Below, in pieces: positions 33,517 to 43,191 of a stretch of 64,000 bases of DNA (the first letter of the stretch is position 1; each line of letters begins with the position of its first letter). The DNA comes from Phycisphaerae bacterium. GTDB lineage: Bacteria > Planctomycetota > Phycisphaerae > UBA1845. The position numbers and the translations under genes were made by a program. Where the stretch lies: contig CAXXGO010000006.1 of the NCBI GenBank assembly GCA_963666835.2, forward strand, positions 2,080,001 through 2,144,000, given 5' to 3'. Below the pieces are notes generated by a model. That model made no database searches. It was not told the DNA's origin and worked only from the letters and a program-made list of their open reading frames with translations.

Positions 33517-34521
33517 ATGGGCTGGGCAGACATCTTCAAGTCCAAATCGGGCAAGCTTAAGCCGGACCCGCGGATCCGTTGGTTCGGAAAGCTCCCGACC
33601 TATCCCGACTACTACCGTTCGCCGTCCGATGAAGAGTGGGTCGTCGAATTCAATGATTGGGTCCTCAAGGGGTTCGAGGTCTACGAGCACCGCCGAGCAG
33701 GTGCCGGACGCGCCAAAGCGCGGATGCCGCTCTCTGCCGGGATTATTCGCCTTCCCAAGTCCGGCATGACCGCGCTGGCTTCCATTCTGGATTTTGGGGG
33801 CGATCAGCGGGGCAGACCTTTCCCGATCTGTTTCTATGTGGGAGTGCCGACTTCGCAGTGGCCGGGGCCGACCAGCGATAGGGTCCTCGCCGCCGCCAAT
33901 GTGGCGGAGAAGCTGCTCGCGTTGCGAAACGAGGTGGCGTCGTTCGTCAATGTTCCGGGGCACTTCGAAACGGTCTTCGGTGGACGGGAGGCCGATCTTA
34001 CTGCGCTTGATAACGGAGAAGAGGACAAGTCGTGGCAGGCGCCGGCCAAGGCGGTTGCGATGACGGACTGGTTTGAAGGCGTGCGGAGCATTCTCAAGAC
34101 CTCCGATCAGACCGCCTGGCTGCAGCTTGCGGCGGAGTGCGGGGATAACATCGCCAGGTTGGAATCCAAGGACTTCGAGCCGACGCTACGGTTTCCGCTG
34201 GCCTGGCGGATCGCGGCGGGGGCGCAGATTGCCGGGTGGATAAGCTGGTTGGGGTCGCGGTTGGATTTGGAGCGTCGGACGGTTTCGCTGGTGGTCTCCG
34301 GAGAACTGGATCGGGGTCCGGGCCACTTGGCGGTGATCGCCCGAGATATAGTGCCAGATGATTTTCTGCTGTTTACGGCGCAGGCGGGAAGCCTGTCCTA
34401 CCTGGACGACCTATCGGAACTTGAGGCGTCGGACCAGAACGACGATAGCAAAGTGTCTGTTGACTCATCTGGGTCGGGTGCGTCCCTGTCAGCGAGCTGG
34501 TTCGAATTCGTGAAGGGGTAG
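33517..34521 (+). CDS. tagF: T6SS regulator TagF/ImpM
   Basis: WFGKLPTYPDY and DQRGRPFPI motifs; directly after tssM. Confidence 0.85.
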   Translation: MGWADIFKSKSGKLKPDPRIRWFGKLPTYPDYYRSPSDEEWVVEFNDWVLKGFEVYEHRRAGAGRAKARMPLSAGIIRLPKSGMTALASILDFGGDQRGRPFPICFYVGVPTSQWPGPTSDRVLAAANVAEKLLALRNEVASFVNVPGHFETVFGGREADLTALDNGEEDKSWQAPAKAVAMTDWFEGVRSILKTSDQTAWLQLAAECGDNIARLESKDFEPTLRFPLAWRIAAGAQIAGWISWLGSRLDLERRTVSLVVSGELDRGPGHLAVIARDIVPDDFLLFTAQAGSLSYLDDLSELEASDQNDDSKVSVDSSGSGASLSASWFEFVKG

Positions 34522-34532
34522 GCCGCAGTAGC

Positions 34533-34560
34533 TTGACTTCGTGTTTCGCAGGGCTATTGT
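34533..34560 (+). promoter_or_regulatory. Putative sigma70 promoter for tssABC
   Basis: TTGACT-16 bp-TATTGT in the tagF-tssA gap. Confidence 0.4.
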
Positions 34561-34777
34561 GCGTGAAGGTTCGATAATACTGCTCATACCGAATCCTCTG
34601 CAGCGTTCGGCGCGACAGACCGGCAGACCCAGGTTGAAACGCGGGTTTGGGTAACCGATTGCCGGCTTTGGACCGGCGGGGTTGCCTGGGGCAGAAGGTG
34701 TGTCTTGGGGGATCGAGCAGATCCTGCAAGATGAGGGTTGGGTGGATGCCAGAGGGTATTCACTCCGGGTGAGGCCG

Positions 34778-36346
34778 ATGCCGCCGTTAGACGAGAATCC
34801 GATCCTTGCGCTGGGCCGTGACCCGATTGCGGAATGCGGGCCGTGCGGAATCGATGCAGCCGACGACGAGCAGTACATTGCCGTCGGCGCGGAGATGACG
34901 GGGGTCGATCGGATTGAGGCGGAAGAGCCCGACTGGTACACGATCGAACAGAACGCCATCAACATCCTGAAGATGAAGTCCAAAGATGTGGACATGGCGT
35001 CGGCACTCGGGCACGCGTTGTTTAAGCGCTATTCGTATGCCGGTTTGGCTGCGGTTCTCGGGCTGTTCGGGGGACTCGTCAACAACTTCTGGGATGGACT
35101 GTATCCGGAACGTCCGCGGCGGCGGAAGGCTCGGATGGAGACTCTGGCCGACCGGTTCACGGAACAACAGTGGTTTCGTGACAACCAGCCCAAGCCCGAT
35201 GATTTCGACGCCCTGGACCTTTGTGTGGTAAGAGCGGACGAGCTGAAGGCGGCGCTGACCGCCAAGATGCCGGACGACCCGCCCGAGTTGGACAAGTTCA
35301 TTCGCGGTCTGAAGGACCATGCGGCTAAACGTCCCAAGCCTGCGGCTGCTCCGGCAGCGGCGGCGCCTGCCGCGGAAGGTGCCGCGGCGCCGTCTGCGGA
35401 AGGGGCTGCTTTCGTCGGCGGCGACGTGGCGGATGCCGGCGCGGCGCTGAACGCGATTCTGAGCGCGGCCACGTTTCTTCGCAAGGCGGATGTAGCGGAT
35501 CCCGTGCCTTATGCGGTGGTGCGGGTGCTCAAGTGGTCGAAAATATCCTTGCCGAAATCGGATGAGGCCAAGTTCCAGATCGAGCCGCCGGAAGCCTCGC
35601 GTGTCGATACGTTGACTCACCAACACGCCAATGGAATCTGGGAGAATCTGCTGAAAAACGCCGAAGCCGCGTTTCGCTCTTGTGATCCGTTGTGGCTCGA
35701 CCTGCAGCGCTACGTATGTTCGGCGATGCAGGGGCTCGGCTCGGCGTACGACAAAGCGCGAGAGGCGGTTACCGTTCAGACGGCCGGTCTGGTCAGGCGG
35801 TTGGGCGAGGGGCTCTTCGAGTTGACGTTTCGGTCGGGCATGCCGTTGTGCAGCGGGGAGACCCGGATGTGGCTCGAATCGGAGATTGCCCCCGCGGGAG
35901 GTGGAGGCGGAGGTAGTAGTGCCGCTGGTGTGGCAGATAGGCGTCTCCAGGAGGCCACCGAGAAGGCTCGGAAGCTGGCCGGCTCCGGAAAACTGAAGGA
36001 AGGCCTGGCCGAGTTGCAGGAAGGGCTAACCGCATGCACGGAGCGGCGGGATCGATTCCTGTGGCGCGGCCGAATAGCCCAGTTGTGCCTGGAAGCGCAG
36101 CGGTTCCGGCTGGCCGGGTCGCTGCTGGAAGAGTGTTACGAGGAAATCCGGCGGTATCACATTGACGAGTGGGAGCCGGCTTTGGCGGGGGATATTGCCC
36201 GCGCGTTGTACCGTTGTCGAAAGTCTTTGATTTCGTCTGAGAAGACGCCGCCGCCCGAGGCTCTGCAGGCGGTTCGTGAATCGTTTGCGTGGCTATGCCA
36301 GTTGGACCCGCTGGCGGCCCTGGCCGCAGAGCCTTCGGCCAAATGA
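34778..36346 (+). CDS. tssA: T6SS protein TssA (ImpA_N plus VasJ-type C-terminal domain)
   Basis: PIAECGPCG, PDW, KSKD, FWDGLYP, PLWLDLQ, IDEWEPALA, LCQLDP. Confidence 0.93.
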   Translation: MPPLDENPILALGRDPIAECGPCGIDAADDEQYIAVGAEMTGVDRIEAEEPDWYTIEQNAINILKMKSKDVDMASALGHALFKRYSYAGLAAVLGLFGGLVNNFWDGLYPERPRRRKARMETLADRFTEQQWFRDNQPKPDDFDALDLCVVRADELKAALTAKMPDDPPELDKFIRGLKDHAAKRPKPAAAPAAAAPAAEGAAAPSAEGAAFVGGDVADAGAALNAILSAATFLRKADVADPVPYAVVRVLKWSKISLPKSDEAKFQIEPPEASRVDTLTHQHANGIWENLLKNAEAAFRSCDPLWLDLQRYVCSAMQGLGSAYDKAREAVTVQTAGLVRRLGEGLFELTFRSGMPLCSGETRMWLESEIAPAGGGGGGSSAAGVADRRLQEATEKARKLAGSGKLKEGLAELQEGLTACTERRDRFLWRGRIAQLCLEAQRFRLAGSLLEECYEEIRRYHIDEWEPALAGDIARALYRCRKSLISSEKTPPPEALQAVRESFAWLCQLDPLAALAAEPSAK

Positions 36347-36379
36347 TCTTGAGGTCTCAAGCGTAAAAGGAGCCGACTC

Positions 36380-36958
36380 ATGGCAAAAGGACCGTCAAAA
36401 GCTCGCGAGTCGCGGGTGAATATTGCGATATCTGATCGCCTGCGGGGCGGCGCCGAACCGGAGCTGCCGTTCAGGGTTCTGGTAATGGGGGATTACACTC
36501 TCAAGGACGACAAACGGGACATTTACGATCGCCAGCCGGTTGACATCAATAAAACGAACTTCGATTCGGTGATGCAGAGTTTCAACCTGTCGCTGGATTT
36601 GAATGTAGCCGACCGTATCAGCGGTGAGGGTGAGATTCCCGTTTCCATGAAGTTCGGTACGCTCAAGGATTTTCGTCCGGAGGCCATCGCCCGGCAGGTG
36701 CCTCAGACCAAGAAGCTCTTGGAGCTGCGCGATGCCATGAAGGCCCTGCGTCCTAAGATGGGCGACAAGGCTGCCCAGAAGGAACTGATGGGGGCGATCA
36801 AGGACCCGGAAGTGCGAGACAAGATTGTCGGGATGATCTCGGCGGCCACGACTCCGCCGCCGGCTGCGGAAGCGCCGGCCCCCGCTGCTGAGTCGGAAGC
36901 AACGCCGGAGGAACCGACCGGCGACGCTCCTACCGAACCGACGGCGCCTGCGGAGTAG
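36380..36958 (+). CDS. tssB: T6SS contractile sheath small subunit
   Basis: ELPFRVLVMGDYT, INKTNFDSVM, LKDFRPEAIARQVP, LLELRD; Pro/Ala/Glu-rich tail. Confidence 0.96.
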   Translation: MAKGPSKARESRVNIAISDRLRGGAEPELPFRVLVMGDYTLKDDKRDIYDRQPVDINKTNFDSVMQSFNLSLDLNVADRISGEGEIPVSMKFGTLKDFRPEAIARQVPQTKKLLELRDAMKALRPKMGDKAAQKELMGAIKDPEVRDKIVGMISAATTPPPAAEAPAPAAESEATPEEPTGDAPTEPTAPAE

Positions 36959-37034
36959 ACGGGCAACGAAAACGACAACCCGCTGAGCCGGCGTGGCGAT
37001 CGATCGGCCGGCTCTTCAATGGAGGAATATCCCA

Positions 37035-38519
37035 ATGGCAGAACAACCCCAACAGGCGGCGGCAGGATCTGCGGCTTCGGACACAACAGCGGTCGATGCG
37101 TTGATCGATAGCTGGGATCTCGACAATGACTACCGCGATCTCTACCGCAAGGGGATTGCCGGCATTGTTCAGAAAGCGGCCGGACTCGATCTGGACAAGA
37201 TCATTGTAAACAAGCAGGTAGTAGACGACTTCATCGCGGAGATTGACCAGCAGATCAGCGCCCAGGTCAACGAGATCCTGCACGACTCCCAGTTCCAGGC
37301 GCTGGAGTCCTCGTGGCGAAGTCTGTGGTATCTGGTCGACAATACGGAGTTCCGGCAGAACATCCGCATCGAGGTCTTGAACGCTTCCAAGCAGGATTTG
37401 CTGGAGGACTTCCAGGACTGCAAGGACTGGCAAAAATCAGGACTCTTCCAAACGGTCTACCGCGACCAGTACAATACGTTCGGTGGTAACCCCATAGGAC
37501 TGATGGTCTCCAATTACGCTTTTGACAACTCGAATCCCGATGTAGAGTTGCTTAGCGAGATCTCACGCGTCGGGGCGGTGGCGAAGTGCCCGTTCCTCGG
37601 CGGAGCAAGCCCGAAACTGTTCGGGAAGAAGGAAGAGTCATTCGCGGGTCTTCCGAAGCTCGCGGAGATGTACGAGATCTTCGAACAGCCTCAGTATACG
37701 AAGTGGAATGCGTTCCGGGACTCGGACGATTCTCGCTACGTAGGTCTGTGCATGCCGCGGTTCCTGCTCCGCAAGCCGTACACGGTCGAAGACCAGGACG
37801 TTAAGGATTTTACCTTCGAGGAAGATGTGCGGCTCGAGACGCACGACAACTACCTTTGGGGCAACGCGGCTTTCGCCATGGCCGGGCGCATGACCGAAAG
37901 TTTCGCGGGGTACGGATGGTACAACTCTATAGTGGGCCCCAACAGCGGCGGGACCGTGCCCGATCTCCCCTTGCATCAGTACGAAGCGACGGGGCAATAT
38001 CATACGAAGATCCCTACCGAGACGTTGATTTCGGAAGATATGGACGTCGACCTGTGCAACTTCGGGTTGATTCCGCTGGTCATGCGCAAAGGTTCGGATA
38101 ACGCCGCCTTCTTCGACGCGCCTTCGGCGAAGAGGGTCGGCAAGTTCCCGGACACGGCCGAGGGACAAGAAGACGAGACCCGGGCTCGGCTCGGCATGTC
38201 GTTGCCCTACCTGATGATCTCTTGCCGTATCGCCCATTATCTCAAGGTGATCTGGCGCGAGAATATGGGGCGGGTCATGGACGCGGACAAAATGGTCAAC
38301 GAGATCAACAAGTGGCTCAAGCAGTACTGCCGTCAGGGATCGCTTGATGACAAGCTGGCGGCCAAGTACCCCCTGAAGGAGATCCAGGTCACGGCCGAGC
38401 CGGTTCCCGGAAAGCCGGGGATGTTCAAGTCGGAGATTCAGATGGTTCCGCACTTCAAACTCAAGGGCGTGGAGATCGAGTTGTCGATGGTCGGGCAGTT
38501 CGACCCGCCGCCGGCGTAG
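37035..38519 (+). CDS. tssC: T6SS contractile sheath large subunit
   Basis: QVNEILHDSQFQALESSWRSL, FRDSDDSRYVGL, YLWGNAAF, LPYL...RIAHYLKV. Confidence 0.98.
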   Translation: MAEQPQQAAAGSAASDTTAVDALIDSWDLDNDYRDLYRKGIAGIVQKAAGLDLDKIIVNKQVVDDFIAEIDQQISAQVNEILHDSQFQALESSWRSLWYLVDNTEFRQNIRIEVLNASKQDLLEDFQDCKDWQKSGLFQTVYRDQYNTFGGNPIGLMVSNYAFDNSNPDVELLSEISRVGAVAKCPFLGGASPKLFGKKEESFAGLPKLAEMYEIFEQPQYTKWNAFRDSDDSRYVGLCMPRFLLRKPYTVEDQDVKDFTFEEDVRLETHDNYLWGNAAFAMAGRMTESFAGYGWYNSIVGPNSGGTVPDLPLHQYEATGQYHTKIPTETLISEDMDVDLCNFGLIPLVMRKGSDNAAFFDAPSAKRVGKFPDTAEGQEDETRARLGMSLPYLMISCRIAHYLKVIWRENMGRVMDADKMVNEINKWLKQYCRQGSLDDKLAAKYPLKEIQVTAEPVPGKPGMFKSEIQMVPHFKLKGVEIELSMVGQFDPPPA

Positions 38520-38744
38520 GGCGATAAGTTGGAGGCATGCGGGGAACGCGGTAACTGGGGATAAGCTCGGGGAGGGTGGTAACATGGGCCCACCCCAAAC
38601 GCTTGAGGCGGGCTCCAGACCCCAGATCGCCATCGTTACCGAAAGATATGGCGGCGGCGTTCGTCGCGTCGCACGGGTCGTAAGTCGTTGCATAGCAGGC
38701 ATTAACGGCGAAACGTCGGGATTTCATCGGTTTTTTTGCCGAAC

Positions 38745-38760
38745 CGGCACACGGTTTGCG
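38745..38760 (+). promoter_or_regulatory. sigma54 (-24/-12) promoter upstream of hcp
   Basis: CGGCAC-ACGGT-TTGCG with exact GG-N10-GC spacing, in the 415-bp tssC-hcp gap. Confidence 0.65.
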
Positions 38761-38934
38761 ACAGACGATAGATAAGGCAGATGAAGGCCGCACAATTCGA
38801 CTGAGCGGCGTTATCAAGAGGAATGGAATTAAGAGGAACCGGCAACTGGGCTAGCCCCCCAAACCAGAGCCCCGCGTTGGGAGCCTAAGGGGCGGGAGGT
38901 TCAACCGTGCCAGAAGGAAAAGGAGAGACGACCG

Positions 38935-39411
38935 ATGCCAACTCCATGTAATCTGAAAGTGGCGGAGTATCCGGGTTCTTCAGAGAAAGAGGGACGTGAG
39001 GATACTAGTGACGTTTTCGAGATTGAGCATCACATTCATCAGCCCGTCGATGCGACGACGGGAATGGCCACCGGCGTGCGGGTACACGCGCCGTTTCGGA
39101 TTGTCAAGGTTGTTGACAAGGCGACGCCGGGCTTCCACAAGGCTCTGTGTACCGGGCAGAATCTGGCGGAGGTGAGCGTTCATTTCTATCGCATCGATCC
39201 GTCGACCCGGGAGGAGGCCGAGTACTACCGGATCACGTTGCGGCAAGCGCGCATCGTCGACATGCAGCCATATATGCCGATGAGCTTCGTGCCGGCCAAC
39301 GAGAGCTATCGCCACATGGAGCAGGTCAGTTTCGTGTACGAGGAGATCGAGTGGAACTGGCTGGTGGACAGTGTGGTGGAGATGGACAAGTGGCGCGCCC
39401 CGGGTAGCTAA
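38935..39411 (+). CDS. hcp: T6SS tube protein Hcp/TssD
   Basis: MPTP start, GSSEKEGRE, TGVRVHAPF, DKATP..KALCTGQNL, HMEQVSFVYEEIEW. Confidence 0.97.
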   Translation: MPTPCNLKVAEYPGSSEKEGREDTSDVFEIEHHIHQPVDATTGMATGVRVHAPFRIVKVVDKATPGFHKALCTGQNLAEVSVHFYRIDPSTREEAEYYRITLRQARIVDMQPYMPMSFVPANESYRHMEQVSFVYEEIEWNWLVDSVVEMDKWRAPGS

Positions 39412-39437
39412 GGTCCCGCGTCTTCTAGGTGGAAGCG

Positions 39438-39462
39438 CGCCGCGCGGGTTAACCGCGCGGCG
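39438..39462 (+). terminator. Strong hairpin after hcp (terminator or mRNA stabiliser)
   Basis: cgccgcgcgg-gttaa-ccgcgcggcg, a 10-bp stem. Confidence 0.55.
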
Positions 39463-39499
39463 TCGCGTCAAGCCTCCGGTTTCGGTGAGGTGACCGCGG

Positions 39500-39931
39500 A
39501 TGGGCCGTGAACGGATGCTCCTGGACAGGATTGCGGATCCCGGGTCTGGGCAGCGCCGCCGCTACGAACCGTCATCCGGGGAGGACCTGGAAGCGTTGAT
39601 GGGGTCTGTGCGGCGGCAGTTGGGCCGGTTGCTCAATTCTCGCCACGGGATGAGTGAGGCTATTCCCGATTACGGTTTGCCGGTCCTGTCCGATCTGACC
39701 GTGGGAAGCGCCGATTACATTCCTCGGGTCCAAGAGGCGATTCGCGTGGCGGTTGAGAAGTATGAACCCCGGCTGCGCCGGGTTCGGGTCAGCCGTATCA
39801 CGGATGAGGAGGTGCCGAGCCGTACGCTTTCGTTTCGCGTGGATGCCGTGTTGATCGGTGAAACGGGCGAGCACCGGGTCTGTTATGAAACGCAGGTCGC
39901 AGGAGACGGGCGGCTGGCGGTGTCCGAATAG
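39500..39931 (+). CDS. tssE: T6SS baseplate subunit TssE (gp25-like)
   Basis: LLDRI, LGRLLNSRHG, PDYGLP, KYEPRL. Confidence 0.95.
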   Translation: MGRERMLLDRIADPGSGQRRRYEPSSGEDLEALMGSVRRQLGRLLNSRHGMSEAIPDYGLPVLSDLTVGSADYIPRVQEAIRVAVEKYEPRLRRVRVSRITDEEVPSRTLSFRVDAVLIGETGEHRVCYETQVAGDGRLAVSE

Positions 39932-40126
39932 TCTTGATCCGAAGTCGCGGAACGAGCTGACTGCGCCCAACGGTTCGACCCCGGGCGGGTTGCCCGGGGG
40001 CTCGCCGGCTTGGGTCCCCGCGGTAGCGAACCTGTTCGGCGATGGAGGCTGTGCCGGTCCGAGGAAACGACGTGCGGGATGCGTTGCCGCACGGGATCGG
40101 GCCGGAGATTCTGATCGGCGGCTGGT

Positions 40127-41938
40127 GTGAGCAACACATACTACCAGGACGAGTTGCGCTATCTTCGGGAGGTCGGTCCGGAGTTTGCCCGGGTCAACCC
40201 CGAGATCGCGCGGATGTTGGCGGACCGGGGTACTGATCCCGATGTGGAGCGGCTGCTCGAGGGGGTGGCGTTCCTCTGCGGCCGGATTCGGCAGAAGCTC
40301 GACGACGAGCTGCCGGAGATTACGGCGAGTATGATGTCGCTGCTCTGGCCGCATTACCTGACCCCCATTCCCTCGATCACCATTCTGGAGTTTCTTCCGG
40401 AGGCGGAGGCGATGCAGGCTCCGTTTGTTGTCGAGGCGGGTGCGGAGTTCGCGAGCGTTCCGGTAGACGGCACGCGGTGCCGCTACCGTTCGTGCTGGGC
40501 GGAGAAACTCCGTCCCTGGTCGGTCGAGGACGTTCGTCTCGAGAGTGAGGCGGCTCGACCGGTACGCCTGGTCATTAAGATGAAGACTTCAGCGAAAGCC
40601 ACGTTGGACCAGCTTGAGCTTGATTCGACTCGCTTCTATCTGGCCGGTGACGCCCTCACGTCGTTCACTTTGTATCTGCTGCTGGGTGCGCATGTGGACC
40701 ATGTGGCGATTAGTGACGGGTCCTCGTCACCGAGCCGCCGCGAGCGCCGGCTGGGACCGGAGCACGTCAATACCGCTGGTCTGGATCGCGACATGGCGGT
40801 TCTACCGTACCCGGCGCACAGCTTCGCCGGGTATCGGCTCTTGCAGGAGTATCTGGCTCTTAAGGATCGCTTCCTCTTCGTGGAATTCTCCCAGATTGAC
40901 CGGGCGGTGCGCGAGTTGGAACTGACCGATACGATGGAGCTGGCGATCACGTTCAATCGCCGCATGGAAGCGCTCCCGATGGTGTCGCGCGCGAACGTGC
41001 GGACTCATTGCGTTCCCATTATCAACTTGTTTGCGCACCCGGCCGACCCGATTCGAATCCGGCATGATCGGACCCAGTATCTGATTCAGCCGGGAAAAGC
41101 CGGACTGGCCGATCGGCGCCACGCGGAAGTGTATTCAATCGATCAGGTGTTCGGGCTGGTTCATGCTGAAGGTCTGGAATCGCGCCAGTATGCGCCATTC
41201 TACTCGTTTCGGCATGTAGCCGCGACTGACGCTCGGGAAGCGCGATACTATCAAACGCACGTAGTGCCGAATATCTCCGGGGGTGATCCGCGCTTAGGGA
41301 CTGACACATATCTGTCGTTCGTGGCCGGTGGTCGGACGGGGCACTTACCTTTGGAGGAGACGATCTCAGTCGAGCTGACCTGCACCAATCGGGACCTGCC
41401 CGCCAATCTGCGGGCGGGGGACATCTGTGAGCCGACGGACAGCTCTCCGCCGGCCTGCCGGTTCCGCAACCTGCTCAAGCCGACGGCGACGGTTTGTCCG
41501 CCGTTGGGGCGGGCGTTGCATTGGCGGCTTATCTCGCACATGTCGCTGAACCACGTGTCGCTGGCGAGTGCGGAGAACTTCAAAGAGCTTCTGCGCGTTT
41601 ACGATTTCCAATCGGAGCACGACGCCCAGCAGGCCCACGCTTATCGGCGGATGTTGGATGGGATTATCAGTATCCGGTCGTCTTTCTATGAGCGGTTGAT
41701 CCGCGGTGCGGCAGCCCGCGGGTCGAAGATCGAGGTGGAGCTGAACGAGGATCACTTCGCGGGAGAGGGGGACGCCTATCTCTTCGCGACGATCCTCGAC
41801 CGCTTTATGGGTCTGTATGCGACGCTCAATGGTTTTAGTCAACTTTCGGTCCGGATGGTCCGTAGTGGGCAAGTCTACTCTTTCCCGCCGCGCTGGGGGG
41901 AACAACTGACCCCGGCGGCGACGAGAGCGGGGGCATAG
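40127..41938 (+). CDS. tssF: T6SS baseplate subunit TssF
   Basis: YYQDELRYLRE, DPDVERLLEGVAFL, HCVPIINLF, TCTNRDLP, WRLISHMSLN. Confidence 0.98.
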   Translation: MSNTYYQDELRYLREVGPEFARVNPEIARMLADRGTDPDVERLLEGVAFLCGRIRQKLDDELPEITASMMSLLWPHYLTPIPSITILEFLPEAEAMQAPFVVEAGAEFASVPVDGTRCRYRSCWAEKLRPWSVEDVRLESEAARPVRLVIKMKTSAKATLDQLELDSTRFYLAGDALTSFTLYLLLGAHVDHVAISDGSSSPSRRERRLGPEHVNTAGLDRDMAVLPYPAHSFAGYRLLQEYLALKDRFLFVEFSQIDRAVRELELTDTMELAITFNRRMEALPMVSRANVRTHCVPIINLFAHPADPIRIRHDRTQYLIQPGKAGLADRRHAEVYSIDQVFGLVHAEGLESRQYAPFYSFRHVAATDAREARYYQTHVVPNISGGDPRLGTDTYLSFVAGGRTGHLPLEETISVELTCTNRDLPANLRAGDICEPTDSSPPACRFRNLLKPTATVCPPLGRALHWRLISHMSLNHVSLASAENFKELLRVYDFQSEHDAQQAHAYRRMLDGIISIRSSFYERLIRGAAARGSKIEVELNEDHFAGEGDAYLFATILDRFMGLYATLNGFSQLSVRMVRSGQVYSFPPRWGEQLTPAATRAGA

Positions 41939-41939
41939 C

Positions 41940-43121
41940 ATGGCCGGGGGCCGGGAAACTACGACGCTCGCACCCGGCGGGGCGGGTCCGCTGGGGCGGC
42001 TCTTGTCCAGCGGCTGGCAGTTCGATTTCTTTCAGGCCGTGTGGCTGCTGGAGCGCCATGCGGAGGCGGAAGCGTCGGTAGGGCAGAGGGGGCCGGTGGC
42101 CAAGGAGCCCTTGCGGTTCCGTCCCGACCCGTCTCTGGGCTTTCCCGCAACCGATGTCCGGCAGATCGTAGAGTGCCATAGCCCGGACAGTGAGGACGTC
42201 TACTATCAGGTCGATGTCAACTTCTTAGGGCTTTACGGGACCAGTACGCCGCTGCCGTTGCATTATGCGGTGGACATTCTCCGAGCGGTGGAGCATGCTG
42301 CAGCTTTGCCGGAGCAGGCGGTTGAAACGGCGAGGAGTCTGCTACCTCCGGAGTCGGCGGAAGCGGATTCGGGGACAGCGCCGGCTCGGGATTTTCTGGA
42401 CGTCTTTCATCACCGGCTGTTGTCGCTGTTCTACCGTAGTTGGCTGAAGTACCGGTACGACCGCACGTTCGGTATGCCGCGCCGTGATGATGTTACCGAT
42501 TACCTGCTGTGGCTGATCGGCTGCGCACCGGACTGGGATCGGGACAAGCTTGGCGTTTCGCCCGCGCGGATGCTGCGCTATGCGGGTTCCCTGACACAAC
42601 ATCCCAAATCGGCGGCGGCTCTCGAGGGAATGCTTAACGATTATTGGCCGGATTATATGGTGGAAGTGGAGCAATGCATCGGGCGCTGGGTGACGATTGC
42701 CCCGGACGACCTGAATTCGGCCGGAGTACTCAATAGCGGCATTGGAGTGAATCTGACGGTTGGCGAGCAGGTATACGATCTCAGCGGGTCATTCAATGTG
42801 GTGGTCGGTCCGGTGGATTGGGGCACCTATCTCCTCTTCTTGCCGGACGGGCCTTATTTCGCCGAGACATCGGGCGTCGTGGAACTGTACTGCACGGATC
42901 CACTGGCGTTCACCGTGGAGGTCAAACTGCATTCAGGCGAAGTGCCGGTAATGCGGTTATCGTCCGACGGCGAAGCGGGACAACTGGGTTACACCAGTTG
43001 GCTGCGGACGGACGAACTTCCGGAAACCTCCGTGACGTTTTCTACGAGACCCGGAAGAACCGGGGCGCGCGTACGGGAGCCTTCCGGAGCCGGTGCTCCG
43101 GGGGAGGCTGTAGCGACTTGA
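41940..43121 (+). CDS. tssG: T6SS baseplate subunit TssG
   Basis: FDFFQAVWLLE, SLGFPATDV, FLGLYGTSTPLPLHY, DFLDVFHHR. Confidence 0.97.
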   Translation: MAGGRETTTLAPGGAGPLGRLLSSGWQFDFFQAVWLLERHAEAEASVGQRGPVAKEPLRFRPDPSLGFPATDVRQIVECHSPDSEDVYYQVDVNFLGLYGTSTPLPLHYAVDILRAVEHAAALPEQAVETARSLLPPESAEADSGTAPARDFLDVFHHRLLSLFYRSWLKYRYDRTFGMPRRDDVTDYLLWLIGCAPDWDRDKLGVSPARMLRYAGSLTQHPKSAAALEGMLNDYWPDYMVEVEQCIGRWVTIAPDDLNSAGVLNSGIGVNLTVGEQVYDLSGSFNVVVGPVDWGTYLLFLPDGPYFAETSGVVELYCTDPLAFTVEVKLHSGEVPVMRLSSDGEAGQLGYTSWLRTDELPETSVTFSTRPGRTGARVREPSGAGAPGEAVAT

Positions 43122-43191
43122 ACACTAGACTCCCCTCGCCCTGTCGCGTACGGCGGGGCGGAGTGCGAGTCGCTTAAAGGACGTGGTAAGT

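Noticed and set aside
38830..38915. c-di-GMP-I riboswitch before hcp
   Set aside because: It has GGCAA and GCCTAA fragments but lacks the GNRA-capped P2 and the GACGCAAA core
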